A DNA stretch of 34,351 nt from a virus. Its lineage: Duplodnaviria > Caudoviricetes. Below, piece after piece: positions 33,264-34,351 of the stretch. How positions within the stretch are numbered: position 1 is the stretch's first letter; every line of letters begins with the position of its first letter. The notes under the pieces are model-generated. The model had not been told where the DNA came from, searched no databases, and saw nothing but the letters and a program-made list of their open reading frames with translations. Where the stretch lies: positions 1 to 34,351 of the IMG/VR virus record IMGVR_UViG_3300016652_000410. One strand, 5' to 3'. Position numbers and translations under genes: made by a program.

Positions 33264-33827
33264 ATGTCACTGACCGAACAGCAACTGCAATCCATCATGC
33301 CCAACGCCCGCCGCCAAGCGGGCGTTTTTGTATCTGCACTCAACGCTGCCATGGCGCACCGACAGATCAACACGCCGAAACGCCAAGCCGCGTTCCTGGC
33401 TCAAATCGGACACGAGTCCGGTCAGCTGCAGTACGTCCGGGAGCTGGGCGGCGATCAATACCTGAGCAAATACGACACCGGTGCCCTGGCCGCAAAACTG
33501 GGCAACACCCCGGCAGCGGACGGCGATGGCCAGCGTTATCGCGGTCGTGGGCTGATTCAGGTGACCGGCCACGACAACTACCTGCGCTGCAGCCTGGCAC
33601 TGTTCGGCGACGAGCGATTGCTGCGTACCCCTGAGCTGCTGGAGTTGCCGCAGTGGGCTGCTGAATCGGCGGCATGGTTCTGGTCGGTGAATGGGTTGAA
33701 CACGCTCGCGGATCAGAACGAATTCAATGCGATCACCCGCAAGATCAACGGTGGTCTCAATGGCTTGCAGGATCGGCTGGAACTTTGGGGGCGGGCGAGG
33801 GCTGTTTTATGCGTCTCAGCGACCTGA
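33264..33827 (+). CDS. Endolysin, glycoside hydrolase family 19
   Basis: AAFLAQIGHESG, YRGRGLIQVTG, SAAWFW, TRKINGGLNGL. Confidence 0.95.
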   Translation: MSLTEQQLQSIMPNARRQAGVFVSALNAAMAHRQINTPKRQAAFLAQIGHESGQLQYVRELGGDQYLSKYDTGALAAKLGNTPAADGDGQRYRGRGLIQVTGHDNYLRCSLALFGDERLLRTPELLELPQWAAESAAWFWSVNGLNTLADQNEFNAITRKINGGLNGLQDRLELWGRARAVLCVSAT

Positions 33828-34351
33828 CACCTGCGCCCTATCGGCTGCTGGGCAAGGTGGTGCTGCTGATCTGCTTGGTCGGCACGTCCGCCGCCATTAC
33901 CTGGCAGGTGCAGGACTGGCGCTACGGTAGTCGCCTCAGCGAGCAGTCCCGACTACACACCGAAACCCTCAATCAGATGGCCCAGGCCACGGCCGCGCAA
34001 CAGCGTGCCGATCAGGACAAGCGCCTCGCGCTCGAGCGGCGTCTGGCAGCCAGCGAACAAACCCATTATCGAGCCTTGAGCGATGTCCAACGTGATCAAG
34101 GTCGCCTGCGCGACCGCCTTGCCACTGCTGATCTGCGCCTGTCAGTCCTACTCGACGCCACCTCCGACGCCGGCAACAGATCGGTGTCAGCCACCACCGC
34201 CACCGGCGACGTGGTTCATGGCCCCACAAGAGCCGAACTTGACCCAGCGCATGCTCAACGAATTATCAGCGTCACCGATGACGGCGACCGGGGGCTAATT
34301 GCCCTCGCGGCCTGTCAGGCATACGCCAAAGAAGTCTCAACACCGAAGTGA
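33809..34351 (+). CDS. Rz: i-spanin (Rz)
   Basis: ATG at 33809 overlapping the endolysin end; N-terminal TM, coiled coil, RAELDP...GLIALAACQAY. Confidence 0.88.
   Translation: MRLSDLTPAPYRLLGKVVLLICLVGTSAAITWQVQDWRYGSRLSEQSRLHTETLNQMAQATAAQQRADQDKRLALERRLAASEQTHYRALSDVQRDQGRLRDRLATADLRLSVLLDATSDAGNRSVSATTATGDVVHGPTRAELDPAHAQRIISVTDDGDRGLIALAACQAYAKEVSTPK
34083..34298 (+). CDS. Rz1: o-spanin (Rz1) lipoprotein embedded in Rz
   Basis: Signal peptide and lipobox LLICAC followed by a Pro-rich segment, in an alternative frame inside Rz. Confidence 0.8.
   Translation: MSNVIKVACATALPLLICACQSYSTPPPTPATDRCQPPPPPATWFMAPQEPNLTQRMLNELSASPMTATGG

Larger units (their letters stand above)
55..34351. mobile_element. 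Temperate prophage with lambda-like cos head and P2/R-pyocin-like contractile tail, integrated in dusA; right end outside the window
   Basis: Complete ordered set of integration, immunity, replication, packaging, head, tail and lysis genes with no obvious disruptions. The left boundary is approximate, inferred from the codon-usage switch inside dusA. Confidence 0.95.

Overview
The window is almost all one apparently intact temperate prophage, most likely from Pseudomonas (inferred from pyocin-locus homologues). It is integrated in the 5' end of dusA through a DusA-associated tyrosine integrase, and the phage end supplies a new dusA start. Gene order: dusA 5' end; int; an AT-rich cargo gene (DUF262/GmrS-like domain plus C-terminal HNH, candidate anti-phage nuclease); a leftward early operon (two PrtN-family proteins, a C5 DNA methyltransferase split over two fully overlapping frames, a YfdR-like HD protein lacking its catalytic motif, an antirepressor-type domain, small ORFs); cI/cro switch with operators; a highly structured cro-cII intergenic region; CII-like, PtrB-like, primase-helicase and PA0613-like genes; iteron-like ori; late promoter; holin; lambda-like cos, terminase and head; P2/R-pyocin-like contractile tail; GH19 endolysin and Rz/Rz1. 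The window ends at the Rz stop, so the distal att site is not visible. The best leads are a recurrent CACCAC(A) leader/loop motif at nut-like positions with a structured, possibly antisense RNA, the overlapping two-frame methyltransferase, the DUF262-HNH cargo gene, the degenerate HD protein and a probable +1 tail-chaperone frameshift. All family calls come from reading motifs by eye; no database search was run.
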